Of a DNA stretch of 64,000 nucleotides, positions 56,632-64,000 are shown piece by piece (position 1 is the stretch's first letter; each line of letters starts with the position of its first letter). The notes beneath the pieces were generated by a model, which saw only the letters and a program-made list of their open reading frames with translations, searched no databases and was not told the origin of the DNA. This DNA is from Actinomycetota bacterium (GTDB lineage: Bacteria > Actinomycetota > Acidimicrobiia > Acidimicrobiales > Ilumatobacteraceae): the NCBI GenBank assembly GCA_009702755.1, contig WLHL01000002.1, forward strand, positions 27,613 to 91,612, written 5' to 3'. The translations under genes were made by a program, and so were the position numbers.

Positions 56632-58095
56632 GTGACTACCGATCACCGACCTTTCTCCCTTTCGTCAACGCGCGATTGGTTGCGATCGGTTTCTTCGTGG
56701 GGCTGGATTGTCACTGCGTTGGCAGTTGCTCATGCAATCTGGATGATCTGGATCGCATATGACCTGCACTATGGATTAGGGACCTTTTCGTACGACGTGG
56801 GTTTGTATGACCAGGGCGTCTGGTTGTTGTCGCGATTCCAAGAGCCATATGTGACGTTCATGGGTCGAAACCTCCTTGGCGATCATGCGTCGCTCATCAT
56901 GCTCTTTTTAGTCCCGGTGTATTGGGTTTTCCCTGGTGTCATGACATTGCTGGTTGTGCAGGCGATTGTTGTCGCTGCGGGCACAATTCCGATTTACCTT
57001 CTGGCGAAACGATTGTTGAACAGTGGCGCAATGGGGTGCGGAGCAGCAGTGATGTGGCTTGCGAATCCTGCTCTCAATGGTGGAGCAATGGAAAATTTCC
57101 ATCCGGATTCATTCTTGGCTTTGTTCATTCCATTAACCCTGTACGCAGCTTTTACTCAGAAATGGAAACTGTTCGCCGTCGCAGTTCTTCTCTCTGTTTT
57201 GGTGAAAGAAGACGTCTTGCTCGTGATGGTTCCCATCGGGTTGTTTGTGGCGTGGCGGTTTGACCGACGACGCGGCTTGCTCACAGCGTTGTTCTCGCTC
57301 ATTGTGACCATTCTTGGAATGTTCGTGATGATGAGGCACCTCATCGGTGTACCGACTCGCAACGGATGGCGAATTCCCTTTGGTGGGTTCACGGGGCTTT
57401 TCAAAGAAACTTTCACCAATCCAACCAATGTGATTGATCACTTGCGGTCTGAAAATCGGCCGATGTATCTCTTCAAGATGATGGCTCCGTTTGCGGGTGT
57501 GTTCTTTGCTGCACCATCTGTTGCGCTTCTTGCTGTTCCGGTTTTGGGTTCAAACATGATCAGCACGTTCTGGTATCAACATCAGATTGAGTATCACTAT
57601 TCAATTGTGATTGTCCCCATCTTGCTTGTCGCCACTGTTGTTGCGATTGCAAAGTATGAGGTGCAGTGGAGACGAGTGGCGATGGGGTTGACCGTGGCAT
57701 GTTCCCTCATAACTTTCGTGACGTGGGGTATTCATCCGTTGGCTTCTCAACCACGTGTTGCGCTCACGGCTGGTTCCTCGTTCGCACAATCAGGGCTCGA
57801 GATTATTAAGGGCATTCCCGATGACGCTGTTGTTTCCGCCTATGACCCTTTGACCGCTCACCTTGGCCACCGCCGTCAGATTTACTTCTTCCCGAATCCG
57901 TTCAAGGCTTTGTATTACGGGGTAGATGATTCCTTGGCGGGCAAGCCTCTACCCGCAGCCAAGGACGTTGAGTATGTCGTTTTGCCCCGAGCCCTCGGAG
58001 AAGAGCTCTCGTGGGTGTGGGCTGGTGTGCGGACCCAGTTCGAAGAAGTCGACAGCAATCAGTTCTGGCAGGTGTTTAAAAGAGTGCAGCCTTAG
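56632..58095 (+). CDS. DUF2079-family polytopic membrane protein
   Basis: The GTG at 56632 is the first start after the nusB stop. There are about 10 or more hydrophobic segments, and the N-terminal region F.YDVGLYDQ..W......P.....GRNLLGDH is typical of DUF2079. The ORF-track start at 56533 lies inside nusB. Confidence 0.75.
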   Translation: MTTDHRPFSLSSTRDWLRSVSSWGWIVTALAVAHAIWMIWIAYDLHYGLGTFSYDVGLYDQGVWLLSRFQEPYVTFMGRNLLGDHASLIMLFLVPVYWVFPGVMTLLVVQAIVVAAGTIPIYLLAKRLLNSGAMGCGAAVMWLANPALNGGAMENFHPDSFLALFIPLTLYAAFTQKWKLFAVAVLLSVLVKEDVLLVMVPIGLFVAWRFDRRRGLLTALFSLIVTILGMFVMMRHLIGVPTRNGWRIPFGGFTGLFKETFTNPTNVIDHLRSENRPMYLFKMMAPFAGVFFAAPSVALLAVPVLGSNMISTFWYQHQIEYHYSIVIVPILLVATVVAIAKYEVQWRRVAMGLTVACSLITFVTWGIHPLASQPRVALTAGSSFAQSGLEIIKGIPDDAVVSAYDPLTAHLGHRRQIYFFPNPFKALYYGVDDSLAGKPLPAAKDVEYVVLPRALGEELSWVWAGVRTQFEEVDSNQFWQVFKRVQP

Positions 58096-58129
58096 GTCGA
58101 CGAACACTTCTTGTGTATAGTGGTCATGT

Positions 58130-58160
58130 CCGTCAAACGGGTCCTGTGAGGCTCGAACGG
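58130..58160 (+). promoter_or_regulatory. PyrR-binding loop (pyr leader RNA element)
   Basis: The stem is CCGU...ACGG. It encloses GGUCCUGUGAGGCUC, which matches the PyrR box (A/G)GUCCAGAGAGGCU at the conserved GUCC.G.GAGGCU positions. It lies about 90 nt upstream of pyrR. A TATAGT -10-like hexamer is at 58116-58121. Confidence 0.7.
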
Positions 58161-58169
58161 AAGGAAAAT

Positions 58170-58253
58170 ATGACTCGATCTTTTTTCATGTACGCACGCC
58201 CCTCCCGAGGGGCGTTTTTCATGCCCCGTTTTCAGGTAGCGGCACCGACGTGA
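58170..58253 (+). CDS. Possible 27-codon pyr leader peptide ORF ([27 protein letters not shown])
   Basis: GGAAGGA at 58159-58165 lies 4 nt upstream of the ATG at 58170. Its TGA stop (58251-58253) overlaps the pyrR GTG (58250) as GTGA. It is too short for the ORF track, and there is no evidence that it is translated. Confidence 0.35.
   Translation: MTRSFFMYARPSRGAFFMPRFQVAAPT
58196..58219 (+). terminator. Intrinsic terminator/attenuator hairpin in the pyr leader
   Basis: ACGCCCC-TCCCGA-GGGGCGT followed by TTTT. This is a 7-bp GC-rich stem with a 6-nt loop. It lies 30 nt upstream of the pyrR start. Confidence 0.7.
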
Positions 58254-58786
58254 GCATCTCGGAAGTCTCCGGAACTGAGATCCTTGGCGCTGATGACGTG
58301 TCTCGCGCAATCACTCGCATTTCCCATGAGATTGTTGAACGCAACCCCGACCTTTCTCCCGTTGTCATCGTGGGCATGCAAACCGGTGGCGTATGGATCG
58401 CCCAACGACTTCGCGACACTGTGAATCGCATCGCAGAATCCATAGAAGTTCCCCTTGGGGCAGTTGATATCTCGATGTATCGCGATGACTTCAGCCTTCG
58501 TCCTGTCGTTCTGTCGGCACCAACTGACATTCCACTCGATCTCACTGGCCGCACAGTTGTTCTGGTGGACGACGTTCTCTTTACTGGCCGCACAGTGCGG
58601 GCAGCTCTCGAAGCCTTGAACGACCATGGTCGACCTCGTGCAGTGCAGTTAGCAGTCATGGTCGACAGAGGGCATCGCGAATTGCCGATACGTCCCGATT
58701 ACGTGGGGAAGAACATTCCCACCCACTTCACCGATGAAGTGTCTGTCGGGCCGGACGGTGTTTTTGTGACGGCGGTTGTTCAATGA
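58250..58786 (+). CDS. pyrR: Bifunctional pyr operon regulator / uracil phosphoribosyltransferase PyrR
   Basis: The PRPP motif is [18 protein letters not shown], and [25 protein letters not shown] follows. GTG start. Confidence 0.95.
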   Translation: MSISEVSGTEILGADDVSRAITRISHEIVERNPDLSPVVIVGMQTGGVWIAQRLRDTVNRIAESIEVPLGAVDISMYRDDFSLRPVVLSAPTDIPLDLTGRTVVLVDDVLFTGRTVRAALEALNDHGRPRAVQLAVMVDRGHRELPIRPDYVGKNIPTHFTDEVSVGPDGVFVTAVVQ

Positions 58787-59733
58787 AGCATCTCTTGTCC
58801 TCTCACGACTTAAGCGTGGATGAGATCGTTGGAATCCTCGACGTTGCCGACCACATGGCCGAAATCAATACTCGATCACTTCCCAAAGTCCCTGCGTTGC
58901 GCGGAAAGACAATTGCGAGTGTGTTCTTTGAGGACTCCACTCGGACACGATTGAGTTTTGAGACCGCAGCAAAGAGGCTGTCCGCCGATGTCATGACGTT
59001 CATGGCTTCCAGTTCAAGTCTCAATAAAGGTGAAAGTCTGCGTGACACCATCGAGACTTTGTCGGCAATGGGTGTCGACGCAATGGTGATTCGCCATAAA
59101 TCAAGTGGTGTGCCACTCACAATGACTCAGTGGACTGATGCTGTAGTGATCAATGCGGGGGATGGATGGCATCAGCATCCGACTCAAGGCCTGCTTGATG
59201 CATACACAGTCACTCGAGAATTCGGAACCAAGGATTCTCTCAGTGGTCGTTCGATCGCAATCGTTGGCGATATCAAGCACTCTCGTGTGGCAAGAAGCAA
59301 CATTGATATCTTCCGTCGTCTTGGAGCCCACGTTGTGGTTGTCGCCCCGCCGGCTCTGTTGCCAAAGAATATTGAATCGTGGGGCGTGGAAGTACGAAAC
59401 ACGATTGATGATGTTGTCGGCGAAGTTGACGCTCTCTATATGTTGCGCATGCAACTAGAGCGCATGGACTCGTCAATCGTTCCAAAACTTACTGAATACT
59501 GTGCGCTCTATTCTTTGACGCCCGAGCGTGCTGCGCGAATGGGGAGCGGTGCAATCTTGATGCATCCAGGTCCCATTAATCGAGGTGTGGAACTGATTGT
59601 TGACCCTACCGACGTGCCCGGCTCTCGCATCTTGAAGCAAGTGACAAATGGAGTCAATGTGCGTATGGCGGTGTTATTCACTCTCCTCGGAAGCGGTGCG
59701 ACCACTGTCTTGCAGCAGGGAGGCGAGTCATGA
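58783..59733 (+). CDS. pyrB: Aspartate carbamoyltransferase catalytic subunit
   Basis: [14 protein letters not shown](T)QGLLD, and HPGP.NRG.E. An ATGA overlap links it to pyrR. Confidence 0.96.
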   Translation: MKHLLSSHDLSVDEIVGILDVADHMAEINTRSLPKVPALRGKTIASVFFEDSTRTRLSFETAAKRLSADVMTFMASSSSLNKGESLRDTIETLSAMGVDAMVIRHKSSGVPLTMTQWTDAVVINAGDGWHQHPTQGLLDAYTVTREFGTKDSLSGRSIAIVGDIKHSRVARSNIDIFRRLGAHVVVVAPPALLPKNIESWGVEVRNTIDDVVGEVDALYMLRMQLERMDSSIVPKLTEYCALYSLTPERAARMGSGAILMHPGPINRGVELIVDPTDVPGSRILKQVTNGVNVRMAVLFTLLGSGATTVLQQGGES

Positions 59734-61010
59734 GTGAGTCAATCGTTATCCGTGGCGCCACTGTGGTGAATCCAGATGCCATCACTCTCGCCGATGTGTT
59801 GATTATTGACGGAGTGATTGCTGCTGTGGGTGGTTCGCTCCAAGCCGACCTCGAACTTGATGGCACAGGTTGTTATCTGTCCTCGGGTTTTGTTGACCTG
59901 CACACCCATTTGCGTGAGCCAGGCAAAGAAGAAGCTGAAACGATTGAGTCGGGAAGTCGTGCGGCCGCACTTGGTGGATACACGGCAGTTGTTGCGATGC
60001 CGAACACAGACCCTGCTCAGGACAATGTAGAAACGGTTCGCTTTGTTCGCGAGCAGGGTATTGCTGCAGGTCTTTGCGAGGTCGTGCCTAGTGGGTGCAT
60101 CACGATTGGACGACTCGGGAAGCAACTTGTGCCCTATGCGCGTCTTGTTGAAGAAGGCGTCACCTTGTTCACTGATGACGGTACTGGCGTCCAAGACGCT
60201 CAATTGATGCAACGCGCTCTCATGCTCGGAAAGCTATTGGGAATCACGATGGCACAGCACTGTGAAGTGGCGTCGCTCACAACGGGCGCAGTGATGCATG
60301 ACGGCGAATGTTGCTCGAGCATGGGTGTTCCGGGCTGGCCGTCGATTGCTGAAGAACAGATGGTGCGTCGTGACATTGATCTTGTCCGCGTAACGGGAGC
60401 CAAGATGCACTTCTTGCACTTGTCAACTGCCGGAAGTGTTGATCTCGTCCGTGCAGCCAAAGCAGAAGGCTTGCCGATTACTGCCGAAGTGACACCGCAC
60501 CACCTGGCACTGCAAGATGAATTACTGCGTGGCTTTGATCCTGTATTCAAAGTGAACCCACCACTTCGAACTGCCGCTGATATTGATGCACTTAAGTTGG
60601 GAATCGCCGACGGAACAATCGATGCGGTTGCAACTGACCATGCACCTCATGCGGGACACACCAAAGAGCAACCGCTCGACGCTGCGCCTCCCGGCATGTT
60701 GGGCCTTGAAACTGCTCTCGGTGTCTTGAACACAGCAGTGACCGTTTCTCCTCAGCAAATTGCTTCCCTGATGTCATGGGCGCCAGCGCGCATTGCCGAA
60801 GTGTCGCAGCGACACGGCAGACCCATTGCAGTGGGCGAGCCCGCGAATATCGCGGTGTGGGACACCTCCACTGTGTGGACGGTCTCGCGAGATCATCTCT
60901 CAAGTAAAAGTCGTAACACGCCGTTTCACGGCATGGACTTGCGTGGCCGCGTACGCCACACGATCTTCAACGGCGAATTGGTTGTACGCGATGGAAAGGC
61001 ACTGAAGTGA
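59730..61010 (+). CDS. pyrC: Dihydroorotase
   Basis: GFVDLHTHLREPG, MPNT.P and ATDHAPH. An ATGA overlap links it to pyrB. Confidence 0.95.
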   Translation: MSESIVIRGATVVNPDAITLADVLIIDGVIAAVGGSLQADLELDGTGCYLSSGFVDLHTHLREPGKEEAETIESGSRAAALGGYTAVVAMPNTDPAQDNVETVRFVREQGIAAGLCEVVPSGCITIGRLGKQLVPYARLVEEGVTLFTDDGTGVQDAQLMQRALMLGKLLGITMAQHCEVASLTTGAVMHDGECCSSMGVPGWPSIAEEQMVRRDIDLVRVTGAKMHFLHLSTAGSVDLVRAAKAEGLPITAEVTPHHLALQDELLRGFDPVFKVNPPLRTAADIDALKLGIADGTIDAVATDHAPHAGHTKEQPLDAAPPGMLGLETALGVLNTAVTVSPQQIASLMSWAPARIAEVSQRHGRPIAVGEPANIAVWDTSTVWTVSRDHLSSKSRNTPFHGMDLRGRVRHTIFNGELVVRDGKALK

Positions 61011-62095
61011 GTTCAGCAATCACAGAAATAGCACTCGTTCTCGAAGACGGATCGGTCTTCGAAGGAGAAGCGATTGGCCACGTGCCCGAAAATGGAATCG
61101 CGGTTGGTGAGGTTGTGTTCAACACAACTTTGACTGGATATCAAGAGGTAATCACAGACCCTTCCTATGCAGGTCAAATCATCACGTTCACGACATCACA
61201 TATCGGCAACTACGGCACGACGCATCTTGATGCCGAATCTCGTGGAACCTTTGCGCGCGGAGTCATTGTTCGAGACATGGCGCGTCGTGAAAGCAACTGG
61301 CGCAGTGAACAGAGTCTGGATGCGATGTTGAAGTCGCAATCCTTGCCTGGTATCGCCGGAATCGATACTCGACGCCTCACACGCATCCTTCGTGATTCAG
61401 GTTCTTTGCGCGGCGCCTTTGGTACAGCGGACCACGCAAGCTTGCTCGCTGCAGCTCGCGCCGACCAGGGAACAGCTGGCATCGACTTGGTGAGTCAGGT
61501 AACAACTCCTTCTTCGTACCAGTTCGGTAACGGAAAGTTCTCCGTTGTTGCGTATGACTTCGGCATCAAGAGCACAATCTTGACTTGCCTTGCCGAGATT
61601 GCGACTGTCACGGTTGTGCCGGCATCGACTTCTGCTGAGGAAGTCCTTGCCATGTCACCTCAGGGTGTGTTCCTTTCGAATGGTCCCGGCGACCCTGAGA
61701 TGGCGGGAGGCGCAACGGATGCAATTCGTTCCATTGTCGAGGCCGGGACACCCACCTTCGGCATCTGTCTCGGACACCAATTGTTGTCTCGCGCGTTTGG
61801 TGGGCACACCTTCAAGCTTCCCTTTGGTCACCATGGCGGAAACCATCCTGTTCGCAATCTCGCAACGGGAGCAGTGGAGATCACTAGTCAGAACCACAAC
61901 TTCTGCGTTGACCCCGATTCGCTTGCAACTGTCGCAGACATCACGCACCTCAATCTCAACGACCACACAAACGAAGGAATGCGTCTGAAAGCGCATCGTG
62001 CGTTCAGTGTGCAGTATCACCCTGAAGCCGGGCCTGGTCCTCATGACAGTCGTTATCTCTTTACACAATTCGCAGAAATGATGGAGGGCAAGTAA
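61007..62095 (+). CDS. carA: Carbamoyl-phosphate synthase small (glutaminase) subunit
   Basis: VFNT..TGYQE..TDPSY.GQI, the catalytic GICLGHQ, and QYHPEA.PGPHD. A GTGA overlap links it to pyrC. Confidence 0.96.
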   Translation: MSSAITEIALVLEDGSVFEGEAIGHVPENGIAVGEVVFNTTLTGYQEVITDPSYAGQIITFTTSHIGNYGTTHLDAESRGTFARGVIVRDMARRESNWRSEQSLDAMLKSQSLPGIAGIDTRRLTRILRDSGSLRGAFGTADHASLLAAARADQGTAGIDLVSQVTTPSSYQFGNGKFSVVAYDFGIKSTILTCLAEIATVTVVPASTSAEEVLAMSPQGVFLSNGPGDPEMAGGATDAIRSIVEAGTPTFGICLGHQLLSRAFGGHTFKLPFGHHGGNHPVRNLATGAVEITSQNHNFCVDPDSLATVADITHLNLNDHTNEGMRLKAHRAFSVQYHPEAGPGPHDSRYLFTQFAEMMEGK

Positions 62096-64000
62096 TGCCA
62101 CGCCGTAATGACATTCACACCATCTTGATCATTGGCTCTGGCCCGATTGTTATCGGCCAGGCGTGCGAGTTTGACTATTCCGGAACACAGGCGTGCCGTG
62201 TGTTGAAGGCCGAGGGGTATCGCGTTGTTCTTGCGAACTCCAATCCAGCCACCATCATGACTGACCCAGACTTTGCCGACCGCACATACATCGAGCCACT
62301 GACTCCAGAGATTCTCGCGAAGATTATTGAGCGTGAAAAGCCTGACGCAGTACTTCCCACATTGGGTGGACAAACTGGTCTGAACCTTGCAATGGCCTTG
62401 TATGAACAGGGCTTAGTCGGAGTTCCTGGGACACCAGAGTTGATTGGCGCCAACGCGGAAGCAATTGCAACTGCGGAAGACCGCGACAAGTTCAAGCAAG
62501 CAATGATTGAAATCGGTCTGAGTGTTCCTCGCAGTGGTGTGGCTCACAACATGGAAGAGTCCGTGAAGGTTCTTGAAGAAATTGGTCTTCCTGTCATCAT
62601 TCGCCCTGCTTACATCTTGGGTGGTCGTGGTACAGGCATTGCGAACACGATGGAAGAGTTCCTCAAGATCGTGAGTGACGGACTTGAGGCGAGCCCTATT
62701 CGTGAAATTTTGATTGAAACTTCCATCGTCGGATGGAAGGAATACGAGTTGGAAGTCATGCGTGACAAGGCGGACAACTGCGTCATTATCTGCAGCATTG
62801 AGAACTTTGACCCGATGGGTGTGCACACGGGAGACTCGATCACCGTCGCGCCTGCGCAGACATTGTCTGATGTTGAATACCAAAAGATGCGAGACGCTGC
62901 ATTGGCGTGTATTCGCCGAGTTGGTGTTGAAACAGGTGGGTCAAACGTTCAGTTCGCGCTGAACCCTGCCAACGGCGACATGGTGGTCATCGAGATGAAC
63001 CCCCGCGTCTCTCGTTCTTCTGCACTTGCTTCAAAAGCAACTGGTTTCCCCATCGCAAAGATTGCCGCCAAGTTGGCAGTGGGCTACACGCTCGATGAGA
63101 TTCCTAATGACATCACTCGGGCAACTCCTGCAAGTTTTGAGCCAACCATTGACTATGTCGTCACAAAGATTCCACGCTGGGCGTTCGAAAAACTCCCTGG
63201 TACTTCTGGTGTACTCGGTACACAGATGCAAAGTGTGGGCGAAGCGATGTCTATTGGTCGCACATTCCCCGAAAGCTTGCAAAAGGGTCTCCGCTCACTT
63301 GAGCAGGGACGACTTGGTCTCAACTGTGATCCGGGCGAGTCCTTGTACGACTCACTTGATGACGCGGCACTGCTCGCAAAGGCAGCGGTCGCAACACCTG
63401 AGCGCATCTTCCAAGTAGGTGAAGCCCTTCGTCGCGGCATGGGTGTTGACCGAGTACATGACGCAACGAAAATTGACGTGTGGTTCCTGGACCAGATGCA
63501 AATCATCGTTGACGAGCGTCATGCAATGGCCGACATGTCTCTCGCAGACGTCACGCGTAGCCAAATGCGCCGTGCAAAGCGCCTCGGATTCTCCGATGCC
63601 CAGATGGCCTACCTGTGGAATGCAGATGAAATGGACGTTCGTGCGCACCGTGAATCACTTGGTGTGATTCCGACATACAAAACTGTCGATACCTGCAGTG
63701 CTGAGTTTGCCGCAGAGACGCCGTACCACTACTCAACATATGAAGATGAGACAGAGGTGCGACATTCGGATCGACCACGCGTCATCATCTTGGGTTCTGG
63801 TCCGAACCGTATCGGTCAGGGTATTGAGTTCGACTATTGCTGTGTCCACTCCAGCTTTGCTCTTCGTGATGCTGGTTTCGAAACAGTGATGGTCAACTGC
63901 AACCCTGAAACAGTCTCGACCGACTACGACACATCAGACCGGCTCTACTTCGAGCCACTGACTCGAGAAGATGTTCTTAATGTCATCGCATCAGAGACCA
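62095..64000 (+). CDS. carB: Carbamoyl-phosphate synthase large subunit, N-terminal about 635 codons (3' end lies outside the window)
   Basis: It is absent from the ORF track because no stop is reached. My own translation from the ATG at 62095 reads [58 protein letters not shown]... The second ATP-grasp half begins near 63780 ([24 protein letters not shown]). A TAATG overlap links it to carA. Confidence 0.95.
   Translation, partial: MPRRNDIHTILIIGSGPIVIGQACEFDYSGTQACRVLKAEGYRVVLANSNPATIMTDPDFADRTYIEPLTPEILAKIIEREKPDAVLPTLGGQTGLNLAMALYEQGLVGVPGTPELIGANAEAIATAEDRDKFKQAMIEIGLSVPRSGVAHNMEESVKVLEEIGLPVIIRPAYILGGRGTGIANTMEEFLKIVSDGLEASPIREILIETSIVGWKEYELEVMRDKADNCVIICSIENFDPMGVHTGDSITVAPAQTLSDVEYQKMRDAALACIRRVGVETGGSNVQFALNPANGDMVVIEMNPRVSRSSALASKATGFPIAKIAAKLAVGYTLDEIPNDITRATPASFEPTIDYVVTKIPRWAFEKLPGTSGVLGTQMQSVGEAMSIGRTFPESLQKGLRSLEQGRLGLNCDPGESLYDSLDDAALLAKAAVATPERIFQVGEALRRGMGVDRVHDATKIDVWFLDQMQIIVDERHAMADMSLADVTRSQMRRAKRLGFSDAQMAYLWNADEMDVRAHRESLGVIPTYKTVDTCSAEFAAETPYHYSTYEDETEVRHSDRPRVIILGSGPNRIGQGIEFDYCCVHSSFALRDAGFETVMVNCNPETVSTDYDTSDRLYFEPLTREDVLNVIASET

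Noticed and set aside
1-64000. Looked for tRNA/rRNA genes, CRISPR arrays, IS elements, integrases, toxin-antitoxin pairs and defence-system signatures
   Set aside because: No spacer is longer than about 155 nt. The five longest spacers (284-373, 8391-8485, 18002-18077, 23831-23915, 58096-58249) show no cloverleaf or repeat-spacer structure. No ORF resembles a transposase, recombinase, nuclease-helicase defence protein or toxin. The window is core housekeeping.

Overview
Gene-dense, mostly plus-strand core-genome segment of an actinobacterium. I call about 64 CDSs (including one speculative leader ORF), with very short or overlapping gene junctions. I found no rRNA, tRNA, CRISPR array, transposase or integrase. 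Lineage markers are SepF/YggT, the mycothiol ligase MshC, F420-type enzymes, the phosphatidylinositol-mannoside (PIM) genes pgsA/acyltransferase/pimA, DnaE1 and a DdbA-like histone/DksA protein. The moderate GC and strong compaction suggest a streamlined lineage, but I did not compute GC and this is only a guess. Gene order: yggS'-sepF-yggT-ileS-ddbA-like-lspA-rluD, an Rrf2 regulator facing an alkaline-phosphatase-superfamily gene, dnaE, unknown, nitroreductase, a DUF255 thioredoxin-domain protein, fabI, npdG, mshC, plsC, thrS-HIT-membrane-pgsA-acyltransferase, then arsR / arsI-MIP channel-arsC / LLM oxidoreductase, then pimA, an HtpX-like protein, a DUF3048 lipoprotein, pdxS-pdxT-yebC-bcp, ruvCAB-queA-tgt-yajC-secDF-relA-hisS-aspS-rarA, a small membrane protein, alaS-ruvX-mltG-aroE-aroC-aroK-aroB-aroQ, an M24 peptidase, efp-nusB, DUF2079, and the pyr leader followed by pyrR-pyrB-pyrC-carA-carB'. 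This order matches the M. tuberculosis Rv2614c-to-Rv2533c and Streptomyces SCO2080-to-SCO2064 neighbourhoods from memory. I did not find a defence island or an obviously new multi-gene system, and the window is essentially housekeeping. Six things deserve a second look. (1) The pyr leader combines a PyrR-binding loop, a 27-codon leader ORF coupled to pyrR, and an intrinsic terminator inside that ORF. (2) A cysteine-free DksA-like domain is fused to a histone-H1-like Lys/Ala tail that carries a perfect 69-bp tandem duplication. (3) An aquaporin-type arsenic module with ArsI is wedged inside the conserved PIM operon, with a near-consensus promoter and a palindromic operator. (4) An HtpX-like protein has its HExxH motif mutated to HLLWR. 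(5) A LexA (Cheo) box is centred on the ruvC start codon. (6) One protein next to dnaE is unrecognisable to me. Many starts in the supplied ORF track are N-terminal over-extensions into the upstream gene, and I re-called them from RBS, overlap and homology logic.
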